A stretch of 64,000 bases of DNA, from assembly GCA_030265395.1 (NCBI GenBank), contig JARFYF010000054.1, positions 11,910,935 to 11,974,934 on the forward strand, written 5' to 3'. Positions within the stretch are counted from its first letter, which is position 1, and the number at the start of each line of letters is the position of its first letter. Origin of the DNA: Rhina ancylostomus. Lineage: Eukaryota. The notes under the pieces were generated by a model that was not told where the DNA came from, made no database searches, and worked only from the letters and a program-made list of their open reading frames with translations. This document shows, piece by piece, positions 61,921 through 64,000 of the stretch. The translations under genes and the position numbers were made by a program.

Positions 61921-62289
61921 GTTTGAATTATTGTTGTGCATATCCTACACTCATTTCTTCTCTACTTTGACTTCTTCAAAAATTATACTGGCAGTCTTGT
62001 TGAAATCCTGTTTTCAGAAACCTAAACCTATTGATAAATTGAGAGCCGTTGAGAGCAGTGTTTGCTAATAATAATATTCATTCTCAAAATGAATGATATG
62101 CACTTGCCAAAACTTAATAAAGTTGTCTTTGTAGAATCAGAGTTAAATCGTGATGATCAATGAGGTGAAGATATTTAAAGATATATTAAAATGCAATGTA
62201 AAAACAGTAGATTTTATGTTAAGAAGAACTAAGTGATGGCCTGCAAATGATCCATTGTAATTGGGTGGGGTGGCAAAAAGACCCCTTAA

Positions 62290-63265
62290 CACAAAGGCTA
62301 CATTTGACTAATGATAGAACCAAGGAATCGCTCGAGACATTGAAGTCACTGAGAATCAAGGAAGAAATGGTTTCATTTCCTGGAGTCTTTCTTAACACAA
62401 ACACATCCTGGGTGGTTGTGGAAGCCAGTCATTTCATTCCCATGACTTTGATGTAGGTGCTTCTCAGGGTACCGTCCTGGGTCAAATAATCTCCAGCTTC
62501 TTCAATAACTTTGTCTTAGACAAAAATAGGATTGTTTGTTGCTGATTGTGCAGACTTCCATTCTGTTGCAACTCTGCAGATAACAAAACAGATCATTGCT
62601 CTGTTCTGTACAAGTGCTTGGCAGTGAACATTTCCAAAATCAGTGAGAATCTAACCACCTCGTTAGGTTTTCAGTCACTTACCAGAAAGTTAACTGGAAC
62701 ACTTATATTAATACACTGGCTACATCAGATTAGAGTTTGATTGCTCTGTGGTAATTCCCCAAAGTATTAACACCATCTGCAATATTTGTCTGGAGTGTGA
62801 TAGAATGCTGTCCATTTGCCTGGATAAGTGCAATTCCAACAACACACAAGAAGCTCTACACCTTTCGGGACAAAGCAATTGTCAAATTTGTACCCTCTCC
62901 TTCATCCTGAATGCCCCTTCCCTCCACCATTTGTACTGTGACTCAATGCACACAGCAACCTGAAAGTCTCTTTCAGCACATTCAAAAGCTGAAAACTCTA
63001 CCATGTAGAAGAACAGTGGTGTATAGAAAAGCTATACCTGGATATTCCCCTCTAAGTTATGTGTCACCTTGAAGTTAAAATATTTTGCTATTCATCCTCC
63101 CTTCCTGGGGCCAAGTACTGAACTCCCTATGAAGCAACACTGTGAGAAGACCACCTCCACAAGGGCGTCAGTGGTTCAAATAGGCAATTTACAATAGCTT
63201 CTTGAGGGCAGTTGAGGGTGGGCATTAATACTGGCCATGTCAACCATACACCCTGCAGAGGAATT
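62290..63265 (+). mobile_element. Old L2/CR1-superfamily LINE fragment with L2-type tail
   Basis: cagggtaccgtcctgggtcaaataatctccagc gives degenerate QGSVLGP; tail gtggttcaaataggca...gagggcagttgagggtgggcattaatactggcc. Confidence 0.6.
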
Positions 63266-63942
63266 AGCCAGATTTCTATTCATTGAAACTAATGGTGTCA
63301 AATTTGATATGAAGTCTCAATTATTGAACCAAATTCAAAAATCATTTTGTTGTGATTAATGACTATTGAATTGGGCCAGGATAGGGGATCTTCCTTTGTT
63401 CCCTTTAAAATAGGATTTGTTATCCTCTTGTCAGATGTGTGTAGTCACTTGTGGAATCTGTTCTAGCAATGAACTAACAATCATAAATAATAGGTAATAG
63501 TCATTACTTGTGGAAAAAATAGCTTTTCAATGCATCATCTAAGTAATAACACCCATTAATATGTAGACTATATTGTGTAAATTGTACACAAACATCTGAT
63601 ATTTTAAGGTAGTGACTTCTTTAGCATGAGCAAATTTTGCTGTTTTCTTATTGTCATTATTCAGAGCTTAGATATTTGCTTATCCCTTGACTGTCAAAGG
63701 ATGGTACGATGATGTTGCTTTCTGGAGTGCAGTCTCTGTGTAAGTGAAAGGGGGCATCTTTTAAAATGTTATGGATTTAAACTGACACTGGGTACTTCTA
63801 GATGAAATTACATGCCTTAACTGGAGAGACTTATTGGTTTTGTTTGTAACACTGCAGAAAAATAAAACATTTGTGGCAGTTCTTCCAGCATAGGTTTGTG
63901 AACAGTGATGTTTGAAATAGTTTTATGAATTCTGTCTTTCAG

Positions 63943-64000
63943 TGCACATACTTTACTGACGCCAATTTCAGGAACCTCTGCATTGTCTTCAGTGGATAAA
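63943..64000 (+). CDS. SYNRG: SYNRG exon start (S)AHTLLTPISGTSALSSVDK, truncated by the window end
   Basis: ctttcag|T acceptor, phase 2 compatible; resembles SAPSLLMPLPGTKALPSMDK. Confidence 0.9.

Noticed and set aside
1-64000. Most short ORFs in the supplied track as independent genes
   Set aside because: Eukaryotic intronic DNA; many start at GTG/TTG, span N-gaps, or are antisense or off-frame readings of exons and retroelements.
1-64000. CRISPR array, operon or prokaryotic defence system
   Set aside because: No regularly spaced repeat-spacer structure and no long intronless ORFs.

Overview
Vertebrate genomic DNA, AT-rich and intron-dominated, from a draft scaffold with seven N-gaps. The repeat content (HE1/V-SINE-like SINEs, CR1, L2, RTE, Rex-Babar and Penelope-like fragments) points to a cartilaginous fish, possibly a batoid; this is inference. 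Two + strand genes were reconstructed exon by exon with GT-AG junctions and matching phases. DDX52 (ROK1-type DEAD-box helicase) contributes 13 coding exons from 1677 to the stop at 23684, with its 5' end outside the window or unresolved. SYNRG (synergin gamma) contributes 13 coding exons from the ATG at 26833 to the window end and has a CpG-rich promoter. Most supplied ORFs are spurious or repeat-derived. Points worth a second look: (1) at least six dispersed minimal type-I hammerhead ribozyme motifs in Penelope-like terminal repeats, with stem I covariation and a possible strand bias in core decay; (2) a Penelope insertion with inverted terminal repeats and a TSD, splitting a CR1; (3) an in-frame TAA in a conserved DDX52 exon, probably a contig-end error; (4) a palindromic B-box/G4/ETS/YY1 cluster at the SYNRG start; (5) templated-inversion scars and a 9-bp duplication that rewrites an acidic-Phe motif in SYNRG. 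Protein comparisons rely on my recollection of the human orthologues and repeat classes rely on recognisable motifs; no searches were run. I did not find a clearly novel protein-coding system.
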